Assembly: GCA_026645745.1 (NCBI GenBank)
Contig: JAPKMU010000001.1
Span: 1-50,420 of the forward strand
Reading direction: 5' to 3'
Source of the DNA: Anaerolineae bacterium
GTDB lineage: Bacteria; Chloroflexota; Anaerolineae; Aggregatilineales; Phototrophicaceae
Length of the DNA stretch: 50,420 nucleotides
This document shows, piece after piece, positions 9,999 through 19,025 of the stretch. Under the pieces are notes generated by a model that did not search any database, was not told where the DNA came from, and saw only the letters and a program-made list of their open reading frames with translations. Positions within the stretch are counted from its first letter, which is position 1. Every line of letters starts with the position of its first letter. The translations under genes were made by a program, and so were the position numbers.

Positions 9999-10448
9999 GT
10001 GGAAAGAACGCTCATCATCATCAAGCCGGACGCTGTCCAGCGTGGATTGATCGGTCAGATCATCACCCGGTTCGAACAGCGCGGCTTGCGCGTGATTGGG
10101 ATGAAACTGATTCATGTGACCCGTGAATTGGCGGAAAAGCATTACGCCGTCCACAAGGAACGTCCGTTTTTCGCCAAGTTGGTCGATTACATCACGTCCT
10201 CGCCCGTGATCGTGATGGCGCTCGAAGGACCGGAAGCGATCAAAGCTGCGCGCACGACCATCGGATCGACCAAGCCATTTGAAGCCGCCGCCGGAACAAT
10301 TCGCGGTGATTTCGCGCTCACGGTGGATTACAACCTCGTGCACGGTTCAGACAGCCCGGAAAACGGCGTCATCGAAGTGGCGAACTTCTTCACCGATGCC
10401 GAACTGCTCCCCGGTTGGGAACGTTCGACCGATAAGTGGATTAGCTAA
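9999..10448 (+). CDS. ndk: Nucleoside diphosphate kinase
   Basis: GTG start at 9999 after AGGAG; ERTLIIIKPDAVQRGLIG, GTIRGDFA, NLVHGSDS with catalytic His. Confidence 0.97.
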   Translation: MERTLIIIKPDAVQRGLIGQIITRFEQRGLRVIGMKLIHVTRELAEKHYAVHKERPFFAKLVDYITSSPVIVMALEGPEAIKAARTTIGSTKPFEAAAGTIRGDFALTVDYNLVHGSDSPENGVIEVANFFTDAELLPGWERSTDKWIS

Positions 10449-10468
10449 ACAGCGGGGAATTTTCTGCA

Positions 10469-10495
10469 CTGTAGGGGCGCGAACCGCCCCTACAG
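10469..10495. repeat. GTAG-type REP-like palindrome between convergent ndk and rsfS
   Basis: CTGTAGGGGCG-CGAAC-CGCCCCTACAG, perfect 11-bp stem. Confidence 0.6.
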
Positions 10496-10508
10496 GATTG
10501 GGACAGCG

Positions 10509-10859
10509 TTACTGAATACTGACCAGTGGTTTCGACTGCTTCGCCCAGAAGCCTTCCAAGTCATAGTAGCGGCGGCGCTCCTCATCAAAAATATGCACCA
10601 CGACCGCACCGTAGTCCATCAGAATCCACCCACTCGTCTGCTCACCTTCAACACCTGTCGGCAGCAACCCGAACTTGGTCTTGATCATCTCACGCACGTT
10701 TTCCGCAAGCGCCTTGATCTGGCGTTCGCTCGTACCGGTGCACAAGACGAAAAAATCTGCGATCACCGTATTCGGGCGCAGATCGAGCAGGAGAATGTTT
10801 TCAGCTTTCTTGTCCTCCAGCGCGTTGACGACTTCACGCGCAATTTCAAGGTAGTCCAG
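10509..10859 (-). CDS. rsfS: Ribosome silencing factor RsfS (Iojap family), apparent CTG start codon
   Basis: (M)DYLEIAREVVNALEDKKAENILLLDL..IADFFVLCTGTSERQIKAL..WILMDYGAVVVHIF..RRYYDLEGFW; SD GAAGGAG 7 nt before CTG at 10859. Confidence 0.93.
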   Translation of the reverse strand: MDYLEIAREVVNALEDKKAENILLLDLRPNTVIADFFVLCTGTSERQIKALAENVREMIKTKFGLLPTGVEGEQTSGWILMDYGAVVVHIFDEERRRYYDLEGFWAKQSKPLVSIQ

Positions 10860-10963
10860 AACAGCACTCCTTCACATTTCTTTAAACGATCCGTAAATTC
10901 ATTATAGCATAGGTCAGCGGTATTCCCCTCACGATCCGAGAGGCAATCTGATACAATCATCCT

Positions 10964-11887
10964 ATGAGCGAACACGAAAACTACGAATTCATCGTTCCCG
11001 GCAGCGGCGAACGGCTCGATAAAATTCTCGTCACCCAGTTGGGCGAACGGCTTACCCGCTCGCAAATTCAGCAGTTGATCAAAGATGGACATGTCACGGT
11101 CAACGGCAAAGCGATCAAGCCGGGCGTCCGCTTAAAAGGCGGCGAGACGATCAAGCTGGAAATACCGCCTACCCCGCCGGATACGACCATTGTTCCAGAA
11201 CCCATAGACCTCACCATTCTCTACGAAGACGAAGACTTGGCGGTGATCGACAAACCCGCCGGATTAATCGTACACCCCGGCGTTGGCAGCGAAGGCAGTA
11301 CGCTCGTGCATGCCATTCTTGCCCGCTACCCCGAAATCGCGGACATTCCAATTGCCCCCAAACGCCGGGGGATTGTTCATCGCTTGGACAAGGATACCAG
11401 CGGCGTAATTTTGATCGCCCGCAATGCGACTGCTATGCACCGCTTGATGAAGCAGTTCGCCGAGCGGACAGTCGAAAAATACTACCTAACGCTGGTCGAA
11501 CGCCCACCCAAGACCTCGACGGGACGCATCGATGCGCCCATTGGACGCGACACCCGCGATAGGAAAAAGATGGCAGTCATGCGGGATGGTCGCCCTGCTG
11601 TTACCGAATTCGTTGTACTCGAAACCTTTGATGAAGGGCAAACGCTTGTACGTGTGCGGCTGCTCACCGGGCGCACCCATCAGATTCGTGCGCACATGGC
11701 GTACATCGGCGCACCTGTCGTCGGGGATCGTGTCTACGGCTATCGCAAGCAGCGCCTTTCGTTGAAGGGGCAGTTTCTCCACGCGCATACGCTGACCTTC
11801 ACTCACCCGCGTACCGGTGAGCGGCTCACGTTTACATCCCCCCTACCGGGACGTTTGCAGCACGTATTGGATCAGCTCCGGCGCTAA
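10964..11887 (+). CDS. RluA-family (RluD-like) pseudouridine synthase with S4 domain
   Basis: ERLDK..TRSQIQQLI S4 domain, DKPAGLIVHP, HRLDKDTSG, GRTHQIR. Confidence 0.93.
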   Translation: MSEHENYEFIVPGSGERLDKILVTQLGERLTRSQIQQLIKDGHVTVNGKAIKPGVRLKGGETIKLEIPPTPPDTTIVPEPIDLTILYEDEDLAVIDKPAGLIVHPGVGSEGSTLVHAILARYPEIADIPIAPKRRGIVHRLDKDTSGVILIARNATAMHRLMKQFAERTVEKYYLTLVERPPKTSTGRIDAPIGRDTRDRKKMAVMRDGRPAVTEFVVLETFDEGQTLVRVRLLTGRTHQIRAHMAYIGAPVVGDRVYGYRKQRLSLKGQFLHAHTLTFTHPRTGERLTFTSPLPGRLQHVLDQLRR

Positions 11888-11972
11888 ATCCGCCGTTGGG
11901 GTTTATCCAATTGTGAGGTATAATTGAATCTGCGTTTTCTCCCAACTTCCACGTTTGATTTAAGGAATTTAC

Positions 11973-12809
11973 ATGCGCGAAGTAACCGTCGCCGTTGTGC
12001 AGATGAGACCTCGCTTGGGTGAAGCTGAGGAAAACCTCGTCAAAATGTCTGAGATGATCTCCAAGATCGCCTCTCAGCAAAAGGTTGACCTGATCGTATT
12101 CCCCGAACTGATTACCAGCGGCAATGAGTTGGGCTTGCGCTTCACCGAATTGGCGCAGCGTGTCCCCGGCGCTACTGTGAACTTGATCAGCCAGCGTGCC
12201 AACGAACACGGCGTGTATGTTGCGTTCGGCATGGTCACGAAAGAAAAAGTAGAATCCGTCCTCTACAACTCCGGTGTTGTTGTTGGACCTGAAGGCGAAC
12301 TGCTGGATGTGTATAACAAAATCCATCTGCGCGGTGAAGAACGCATGGCATTCCGCGAAGGCTACCGGATGCCCGTTATTGAAACGGAAGTCGGCAACAT
12401 CGGCTTAATGATCGGTTACGATCTCGCATTCCCAGAAGTTGCCCGCAGCCTCGTCCTTGATGGTGCTGAAATTTTGTGCTGTATCGCCAACTGGGAAGCC
12501 AGCCAGATCGACGAGTGGAAAACGTACATGCGCGCCCGCGCCTATGAAAACGCTGCCTTCGTCGTTGGTGCGAATCGCGTCGGCGAAGACGTGACGCTCA
12601 CCTTTGGCGGCGAAAGCATGATTGTCGGACCGCGTGGGCAGATTTACGCTTCGCTGGCATCAGAAACCGACCCGGATACCGGTGCGCCGCTTGAAGGCTT
12701 CGCGGTCGCCCGTATTGACCTTGACGAAGTGCGCCGCAACCGCGAAGAATTCCAGTTCATCCAAAATCGCCAACCCACGATCTATAAACCGATCGTGCGC
12801 CGTTACTAA
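11973..12809 (+). CDS. Carbon-nitrogen hydrolase (nitrilase superfamily) fold protein lacking the catalytic Cys
   Basis: DLIVFPEL, YNS, YNKIHL, RARAYEN and FGGESMIVGP motifs; the nucleophile motif reads IGYD instead of ICYD. Confidence 0.88.
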   Translation: MREVTVAVVQMRPRLGEAEENLVKMSEMISKIASQQKVDLIVFPELITSGNELGLRFTELAQRVPGATVNLISQRANEHGVYVAFGMVTKEKVESVLYNSGVVVGPEGELLDVYNKIHLRGEERMAFREGYRMPVIETEVGNIGLMIGYDLAFPEVARSLVLDGAEILCCIANWEASQIDEWKTYMRARAYENAAFVVGANRVGEDVTLTFGGESMIVGPRGQIYASLASETDPDTGAPLEGFAVARIDLDEVRRNREEFQFIQNRQPTIYKPIVRRY

Positions 12810-12813
12810 CCCA

Positions 12814-12841
12814 AAAGGACAGGGCATACCCTGTCCTTTTT
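12814..12841 (+). terminator. Intrinsic terminator (possibly bidirectional)
   Basis: AAAAGGACAGGG-CATA-CCCTGTCCTTTTT right after the stop codon. Confidence 0.8.
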
Positions 12842-12879
12842 GATTCCCCCCTATTACTGGTGACCCTTCCAAGACCTTC

Positions 12880-12909
12880 TTTACAATTCCTCAAATCTTG
12901 TGCTATGCT
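12880..12909 (+). promoter_or_regulatory. Sigma70-type promoter for the RIO kinase leader
   Basis: TTTACA-N18-TATGCT with an extended -10 TG. Confidence 0.55.
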
Positions 12910-12951
12910 TTGAACGTTCGTTTTGAATACCCTTTCAGGAGGCGTAACTGT

Positions 12952-13002
12952 ATGAAAGCTCTTGCAGCCCTTGTTTATGCGAGTACGCCTGCTGCGCATT
13001 AA
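12952..13002 (+). CDS. Putative 16-aa leader peptide (MKALAALVYASTPAAH) in a structured 5' leader
   Basis: Strong SD AGGAGG at 12937-12942, ATG 12952, TAA 13000-13002; embedded in alternative hairpins. Confidence 0.55.
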   Translation: MKALAALVYASTPAAH

Positions 13003-13179
13003 GCACTCCCCGCGTTAAAAACCAGCAGACGTACTTCATCATCCCTTGTTCGAGGTGATGACGTTGTCTGTTGATTCCTGTCTGGCGTTCCCCGCCTTCC
13101 GGTCAACTGGACAATCATGAGCCTCAGCCGAAATCGGATTTCGCGGCTGGCAGAGTGCTGCCAGCGTTCATGACTTGAC

Positions 13180-14229
13180 ATGACATGGATGGGAAACCCA
13201 ACCTTGAATACGTTTGATCAAATCGATCACTACGACGAATACGACGAATACGAAGCGCAGTTCGACCCGATGCACAGCGACCGCAAAGCCCGCCGCCATC
13301 GCAAACCGAAAGCGCATCATCAACCCAAGAAACAGCAGCAGCAGGTGGTCACGGAGATCACCGAAGTACCGGAAAATGCCGCCACATTCACCACGACGTA
13401 TCAACCTGCGCGCTTTGAAGAAGGCTGGCTGCTCGACTCCCTGCGTCCGTTCTATGATCGCGGCTTGATTACCGATGTGCTGGCGCGTGTAAAAGGTGGC
13501 AAAGAAGCCAATGTCTACCGCTGTCTTGCGCACCCCGCGACTGGCATGGAGTTTGCTGCCGCCAAAGTCTATCGCCCACGCATGTTCCGCAATTTGCGCA
13601 ACGATAAGATGTACCGCGAAGGACGCGAAATCTTGGGGGGTGATGGCAAGGTCATCAAGAAGAACGATCACCGCGTCATGCGCGCAATTGGCAAGAAAAC
13701 CGCGTTCGGTGAACAGGTCGCGCATACGTCATGGCTGATGTACGAATACAACACGCTGCAAACACTTTACGAGATCGGCGCGGCAGTGCCAAAACCGCTC
13801 TCCAGCGCTGAAAACGCGATCCTGATGGGCTACTGTGGTGATGATCGCATGGCAGCGCCGACGCTGAGCGAAATTTCGCTGAGCCACAACGAAGCGCGGC
13901 GGTTGTTTGCAGAAACGCTGCGCAATATCGAGTTGATGCTGTACCACGCCATGATTCACGGTGACTTGTCGGCGTATAACATCCTGTATTGGGAAGGCGA
14001 GATCACATTGATCGACTTTCCACAGGTGACAAACAGCCGGACAAACTCACACGCGCAGATGATTTTGCAGCGGGATATCACCCGCGTGTGCGAGTACTTC
14101 GCGGATCAAGGTGTGAACAGTGATCCACAGGGAATCGCTCGCCGCATGTGGAAGCAGCATGTCGAACTTGACGAAAAATTCCGCGAAGCTGACCTCTCGC
14201 GCATGCTTGAGCAAGACGACGAGGAATAG
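13180..14229 (+). CDS. RIO1-family atypical Ser/Thr protein kinase
   Basis: KGGKEANVY, AAKVYR, IHGDLSAYNIL, IDFPQ. The start could instead be TTG at 13204. Confidence 0.92.
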   Translation: MTWMGNPTLNTFDQIDHYDEYDEYEAQFDPMHSDRKARRHRKPKAHHQPKKQQQQVVTEITEVPENAATFTTTYQPARFEEGWLLDSLRPFYDRGLITDVLARVKGGKEANVYRCLAHPATGMEFAAAKVYRPRMFRNLRNDKMYREGREILGGDGKVIKKNDHRVMRAIGKKTAFGEQVAHTSWLMYEYNTLQTLYEIGAAVPKPLSSAENAILMGYCGDDRMAAPTLSEISLSHNEARRLFAETLRNIELMLYHAMIHGDLSAYNILYWEGEITLIDFPQVTNSRTNSHAQMILQRDITRVCEYFADQGVNSDPQGIARRMWKQHVELDEKFREADLSRMLEQDDEE

Positions 14230-14238
14230 GCTCACCCA

Positions 14239-14272
14239 AAGGCGCAAAGATGACCAAGTCACTTTGCGCCTT
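14239..14272 (+). terminator. Stem-loop after the RIO kinase gene (probable terminator)
   Basis: AAGGCGCAAAG-A-TGAC-CAA-GTCA-CTTTGCGCCTT; weak U tract. Confidence 0.5.
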
Positions 14273-14350
14273 CCCCTATTTTGTGCGTGTTCAATCCCAC
14301 TGCTAAAATAACCTTCACAAATCCCACAACACACCGAGGCGCTTACGCTC

Positions 14351-14899
14351 ATGCCGATTGATATTACACCGATTGAACTTGCAGCCGCGCAAATCCTGAA
14401 TTTCATTCCTCAATTGATCATCGGATTGGTGATCTACATTTTCTTCTGGGTGTTCAGTATCATGTTCAGGCGCGTGGTCAAGCGTTACGGACGCATCACA
14501 CGCCTTGATCCGGCAGTTTTGAATCTGCTGATGCAGGTGATCAATGCGATCATCCTGATCATCGGCGCGATCACTGCACTTGGCACGATTGGCTTAGACG
14601 TGACCGCGCTTGTTGCCGGGTTAGGTTTGACCAGCTTCGCGCTCGGCTTCGCTTTACAAGACATCCTCAGCAATGTGCTTTCCGGTGTGCTCCTGCTGAT
14701 CTACCGTCCATTCCGGCTCGGCAACTATATCCGCGTGGGGGACAAAGAAGGGCATGTTGTCGGGATCGATCTGCGCTATACCACACTCCGAAATGAGTCC
14801 AACTTCATTTTGATCCCGAATCAGGCGCTTTTTAAAGAGGCGATCATCGTTACCTCGACGCCGCAGAGCATGCCGCCGCCCGCGCCGCGCCTACCTTAA
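14351..14899 (+). CDS. Small-conductance mechanosensitive channel (MscS family), short form
   Basis: TM helices, LGFALQDILSNVLSG, RPFRLGNYI, IPNQ. Confidence 0.88.
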   Translation: MPIDITPIELAAAQILNFIPQLIIGLVIYIFFWVFSIMFRRVVKRYGRITRLDPAVLNLLMQVINAIILIIGAITALGTIGLDVTALVAGLGLTSFALGFALQDILSNVLSGVLLLIYRPFRLGNYIRVGDKEGHVVGIDLRYTTLRNESNFILIPNQALFKEAIIVTSTPQSMPPPAPRLP

Positions 14900-14944
14900 C
14901 CTTACGAATCGCACCGTCATGCAAACCGGAATCAAGCGCTTTAC

Positions 14945-15197
14945 GATCTTCTTTTATCCCAAGTTATCCCAATATCCCACCCCCTTATTCACGCTCCTGA
15001 AAGGGTAGGGGGGACATTTGCGCTTCATAAGATGCGGATCATGACGGATCATTGTCGCGTGATCGTGATCACAATTGATCCCAAATCGTCACAGCAGGGA
15101 AGGGGGAACACATCTCAATGATCGGATCGATCAATTTGGGATAATTTTGGGATATGTGGGATTGCTGCCCCAACGACGCGAAAAATATGAGTCGATC
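14945..15197. promoter_or_regulatory. Unexplained structured intergenic element: GATC cluster flanked by inverted TATCCCA/TGGGAT triplets
   Basis: 10 GATC sites between 14945 and 15197; TATCCCA at 14955, 14965, 14973; TGGGAT at 15137, 15148, 15157. Confidence 0.45.
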
Positions 15198-15209
15198 CGT
15201 AACCAACAC

Positions 15210-16292
15210 TCACCCGATGCGCAATCCAGTCTTCCCGTCGAAAAAGAGTAAGTTATCCGGCTTGATCGCACATTTGAGAATATCCCCCCGCCGCACATCC
15301 ATATCTTCTGGAACGTGCATTCGCCAGCTTTCCCGGCTGCCCTCCATCTCCAAAAGCTGATGATGCTCCGCATACATCGGGGTGATCGTCCGCACAATCG
15401 CATTCTCGCCATCGGGATCAAGGATCACATCTTGTGCCCTCACCCCCAAGTTGACCGCCGCGCCTTCGTCGAGATCATGCCGGACTTCAAACCCGCCAAA
15501 CGTCCGCCCAAACCATGCGTGACCCTGTACGCGCCCCACAAGGATATTGATCGGCGGCGTACCGATGAACTCAGCAACGAACTGCGAACGCGGCGACGTA
15601 TACAACTGCTCAAACGTGCCAACCTGCATGATCTGTCCTTCGTTCATCACCGCGATTCGGTTCGCCAGCGCAATCGCCTCGTGCTGATCATGCGTCACAT
15701 ACACCGATGTGACGGGGAATTCGTTGAGCAGCCGACGCAGTTCGACCCGTGCTGTACCGCGCAGTTTCGCATCAATGTTGGAAAACGGCTCATCGAATAA
15801 GAACACACGCGGGTCACGCGCCAGCGCACGCGCCACAGCCACCCGCTGACGCTCCCCGCCGCTCAACTGACGCGGCATCCGGTCAAGCAGATCATCTAAG
15901 CCAAATCCGGTGATCTGCGCGATCCGTGCGACGCGCTCTGGCACTTCATATTCGCGTTTGCGCAGCCACAAGAAGAATCCCACTGACCGGCGCGCTTCCC
16001 AATGAGGCACAAGCGCCCCTTCTTGAAACACCATCCCAATGCCGCGATCCATCAGCGGAATCTCATTGAGCGGCAGATTATCATACAAAACTTCCCCGGA
16101 ATCTGGCGGAATCAACCCGGCGATCAAGCGCAGCAGTGTACTCTTTCCACAGCCGGAGGGTCCCACAACCGCGAGAACCTCTCCATCGCCAATCTTGAGC
16201 GACACATCTTGTACGGCGACGATATTTCGTTCGCCTGTCTCGGAATGATGGACAAATCGCTTATTCACGCGATGAACAGTGATGGTGGACAT
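15210..16292 (-). CDS. Carbohydrate ABC transporter ATP-binding subunit (MalK/MsmX-like), orphan
   Basis: GPSGCGKST, LSGGERQRVA, FLFDEPFSNID, VTHDQHEA, C-terminal OB-like region. Confidence 0.92.
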   Translation of the reverse strand: MSTITVHRVNKRFVHHSETGERNIVAVQDVSLKIGDGEVLAVVGPSGCGKSTLLRLIAGLIPPDSGEVLYDNLPLNEIPLMDRGIGMVFQEGALVPHWEARRSVGFFLWLRKREYEVPERVARIAQITGFGLDDLLDRMPRQLSGGERQRVAVARALARDPRVFLFDEPFSNIDAKLRGTARVELRRLLNEFPVTSVYVTHDQHEAIALANRIAVMNEGQIMQVGTFEQLYTSPRSQFVAEFIGTPPINILVGRVQGHAWFGRTFGGFEVRHDLDEGAAVNLGVRAQDVILDPDGENAIVRTITPMYAEHHQLLEMEGSRESWRMHVPEDMDVRRGDILKCAIKPDNLLFFDGKTGLRIG

Positions 16293-16366
16293 AGCGCCTC
16301 TTGCGAACCCTGCGCCCCACGACTAGCATTAACGGGCATCTTGATTATATCCCGGACAAGCGACAG

Positions 16367-17446
16367 ATGACCTTGATTGACCTCCGCAGCGATACCGTGA
16401 CGCTGCCAACCCCGGCAATGCGTGAAGCGATGGCAAATGCCCCGGTGGGTGATGATGTGTATGGTGAAGACCCAACGGTAAACGCACTTCAAGAAGAAGC
16501 CGCCGCGATGCTCGGCAAAGAAGCGGGTCTTTTCGTGACCAGCGGCACACAGGGCAACCTCACTGCCGTCCTCGCGCACTGCGCACGCGGCGACGAGATG
16601 ATCCTCGCCAAAAAATCGCACATCTTCCAATATGAAGTTGCCAGCGCAGCCGCATACGGCGGCGTACAGCCCAATACCCTTGACCTGAATCCTGACGGAA
16701 CGATGTCACTGGATGAAATTCGCCGTGCCATCCGGGGAAACAATGCGCATTACCCGGTCACACGTTTGATTGCGCTCGAAAACACGCAGGGCGGCGCGTG
16801 GGGCGCTCCCCTCTCCGCCGATTACATCCGGCAGGTGAGCGCCATCGCAAAAGAACACAATCTCAAGCTTCACATCGACGGCGCGCGGTTGTTCAATGCG
16901 TCGGCGGCGCTCGGCACACCCGTCAACCAGCTTGCCGAACACGCCGACAGCGTGACGTTCTGCCTTTCAAAAGGCTTATCCGCTCCGGTCGGCTCGGTGC
17001 TAGTTGGCTCGAAAGAATTCATCGCCCGCGCCCACAAAATCCGCAAGAGCTTTGGCGGCGGCATGCGCCAAGCGGGAGTCATCGCGGCGGCAGGATTGAT
17101 CGCGCTCCGCGAAATGTCGGGATGGGATCGACTGCGCGAAGATCATGACAATGCACGCATATTGGCAGAAGGAATCGCTGCACTTCCGTATATCGAAATC
17201 GATCTCAGCCGCGTGCGCACCAACATGATCTTCTTCTCACTCACCCCGGATGCGCCGATCAGCATCGAAGCGCTGTCGGCGGGCATGAAAGCGCACGGTG
17301 TCCTTGCAAATCCTTCCAGCGTGTTGGATCGGCAGATGCGTATGGTCACGCATTATTGGTTCAAGCGCGACTCGATTCCGGTTGTGCTTGACGTTATGCG
17401 CGCCGTGCTGACGGGTGTGCCGCTCACCGAAACGGTTGTGAAATAA
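16367..17446 (+). CDS. ltaE: Low-specificity L-threonine aldolase
   Basis: [58 protein letters not shown]. Confidence 0.93.
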   Translation: MTLIDLRSDTVTLPTPAMREAMANAPVGDDVYGEDPTVNALQEEAAAMLGKEAGLFVTSGTQGNLTAVLAHCARGDEMILAKKSHIFQYEVASAAAYGGVQPNTLDLNPDGTMSLDEIRRAIRGNNAHYPVTRLIALENTQGGAWGAPLSADYIRQVSAIAKEHNLKLHIDGARLFNASAALGTPVNQLAEHADSVTFCLSKGLSAPVGSVLVGSKEFIARAHKIRKSFGGGMRQAGVIAAAGLIALREMSGWDRLREDHDNARILAEGIAALPYIEIDLSRVRTNMIFFSLTPDAPISIEALSAGMKAHGVLANPSSVLDRQMRMVTHYWFKRDSIPVVLDVMRAVLTGVPLTETVVK

Positions 17447-17451
17447 CGCAC

Positions 17452-18195
17452 ATGCAAGGACAGCCGCCCACACCACCTCCAGCCGACTACGATGACACCT
17501 TTGACGAGGCAGCGGATTTCGCGCCGCCAGTCGAAGACGAAGCATCCGAAAATGTCGTCGAATACCGCGCCGCTGGCAGCGATACCCTATTCGGCTACCT
17601 GATCGCAATGGCGCTGTGCATTGGGCTGACGCCGCTTATTCCCGGCAACGCTGATCTACGCCTCGTCTTGTCATGGGGAGCGCTGGCATTCTTTGGCGTA
17701 CTCGCGTGGCTTCTCGGCAGCACCGCGCGCATTGGTGAAGAACAACCGGAAAATCTGCTGTGGGGCGTGATCTTTGGGTTGATCGTTGCCGCACCGATCT
17801 TCTTAATCGGCAGCGATACACTGGCAACAACCGTTCAGTTGATCTTCCGCACAGGGATCGAAGGCGCAGTCGTCTCACTGCCGCGCGGCGTTACACTCGC
17901 GATGCTGGTGTTCGTCATGCCATTGGGCGAAACGCTGTTCTTCCGGGGGATGATGCAGGTTAATCGCTCATTCTTATTCGTCGGCGGGCTGGCATCGCTG
18001 TGGTCAATGGCGCTGTTTTTCCCGGCGCTCGATGTCGGACGATTTCCGGCGGTTGCGGTCATCATCGGAGTCGCGCTGATGATGATCAATGTGGTCTACA
18101 GCTATGTCCGCCAGCGCAACGGACTCGCCGCCGCGTGGTTATGCCAGATCACGGTCAATCTTGTCGTGCTGTTCATCCCCACGTTGAGCATGTGA
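17452..18195 (+). CDS. CPBP/Abi-fold intramembrane protein with degenerate catalytic motifs
   Basis: Multi-TM; GETLFFRG in place of EExxFRG and QITVN in place of HxxxN; acidic N-terminal tail. Confidence 0.7.
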   Translation: MQGQPPTPPPADYDDTFDEAADFAPPVEDEASENVVEYRAAGSDTLFGYLIAMALCIGLTPLIPGNADLRLVLSWGALAFFGVLAWLLGSTARIGEEQPENLLWGVIFGLIVAAPIFLIGSDTLATTVQLIFRTGIEGAVVSLPRGVTLAMLVFVMPLGETLFFRGMMQVNRSFLFVGGLASLWSMALFFPALDVGRFPAVAVIIGVALMMINVVYSYVRQRNGLAAAWLCQITVNLVVLFIPTLSM

Positions 18196-18197
18196 AC

Positions 18198-19022
18198 TCA
18201 GCAACCGCATTGGGCGCGCAGACTGTCCAGCATCACTTGTGTGACGTGCTGCGTGCCTAATGCTGTGAATCCTCCGCGCCATCCATGCTCATCCGACCCA
18301 CCTGTGGTCGCCAAGCCGAACTGATGCGCCAATGCCTCATAGTAAATCTGGTCTTCTGAGTTTATGCTCGGATGCCGCGTTTCGATGCCTTGCAATCCCA
18401 TCTCAATCAGAATTTGCAGTTCGTCAGCAGTCAGGTGCTCACCATTCATCGTGAGCGGTGGATGCGCCAATACCGCGACCCCACCCGCCGAACGGATCGC
18501 GGCAATCGCTTCTTGAATGGGCACGCCAAAGCGTGATCCTGCCTCCAGTGCATTCTGAAACAATTCAGCGCCGCCCGCATAATCAGGAGCAAAGCCGCGC
18601 ATTTGCAGCGCATGGATCACCGAAAGGTAGCTGATCGCGCGCGGATTTTGCGCTTCAACATCCACTATCGTCACATCGTAACCGTTCTGTTGAAGCCGCC
18701 CGCAAACGGATTCAACGCAGTGGCGAAGTCCCGCCGTATTTTTTGCCAGCATATGCTTAAGCGCGGGGTGATCGACATCGACGTAATAACCCAGAATGTC
18801 TGTTTCGATGGGGACGCGATCCCACTGCGTTGTGACCTCGACACCGGAGATCAGCGTGATGTGATGCAGCCGCGCGTGAGCTTCCGCCTCTGTTACGCCC
18901 GACACCGAATCATGATCGGTGAGCGCGAGCGTGGTGCATCCACGTTCAGCAGCGGCTTGCACGATCTGAGCCGGAGAAAAGCGTCCGTCTGAGAAATACG
19001 AATGGGTATGCAGATCGATCAC
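18198..19022 (-). CDS. PHP-domain phosphoesterase
   Basis: DLHTHSYFSDG, LTDHD, GVEV, LAHP, GGSDEH. Confidence 0.92.
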   Translation of the reverse strand: MIDLHTHSYFSDGRFSPAQIVQAAAERGCTTLALTDHDSVSGVTEAEAHARLHHITLISGVEVTTQWDRVPIETDILGYYVDVDHPALKHMLAKNTAGLRHCVESVCGRLQQNGYDVTIVDVEAQNPRAISYLSVIHALQMRGFAPDYAGGAELFQNALEAGSRFGVPIQEAIAAIRSAGGVAVLAHPPLTMNGEHLTADELQILIEMGLQGIETRHPSINSEDQIYYEALAHQFGLATTGGSDEHGWRGGFTALGTQHVTQVMLDSLRAQCGC

Positions 19023-19025
19023 CGG

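Noticed and set aside
14945-15197. Firm oriC call
   Set aside because: No perfect DnaA boxes, no clear AT-rich unwinding element and no dnaA/dnaN nearby; kept only as an unexplained element.
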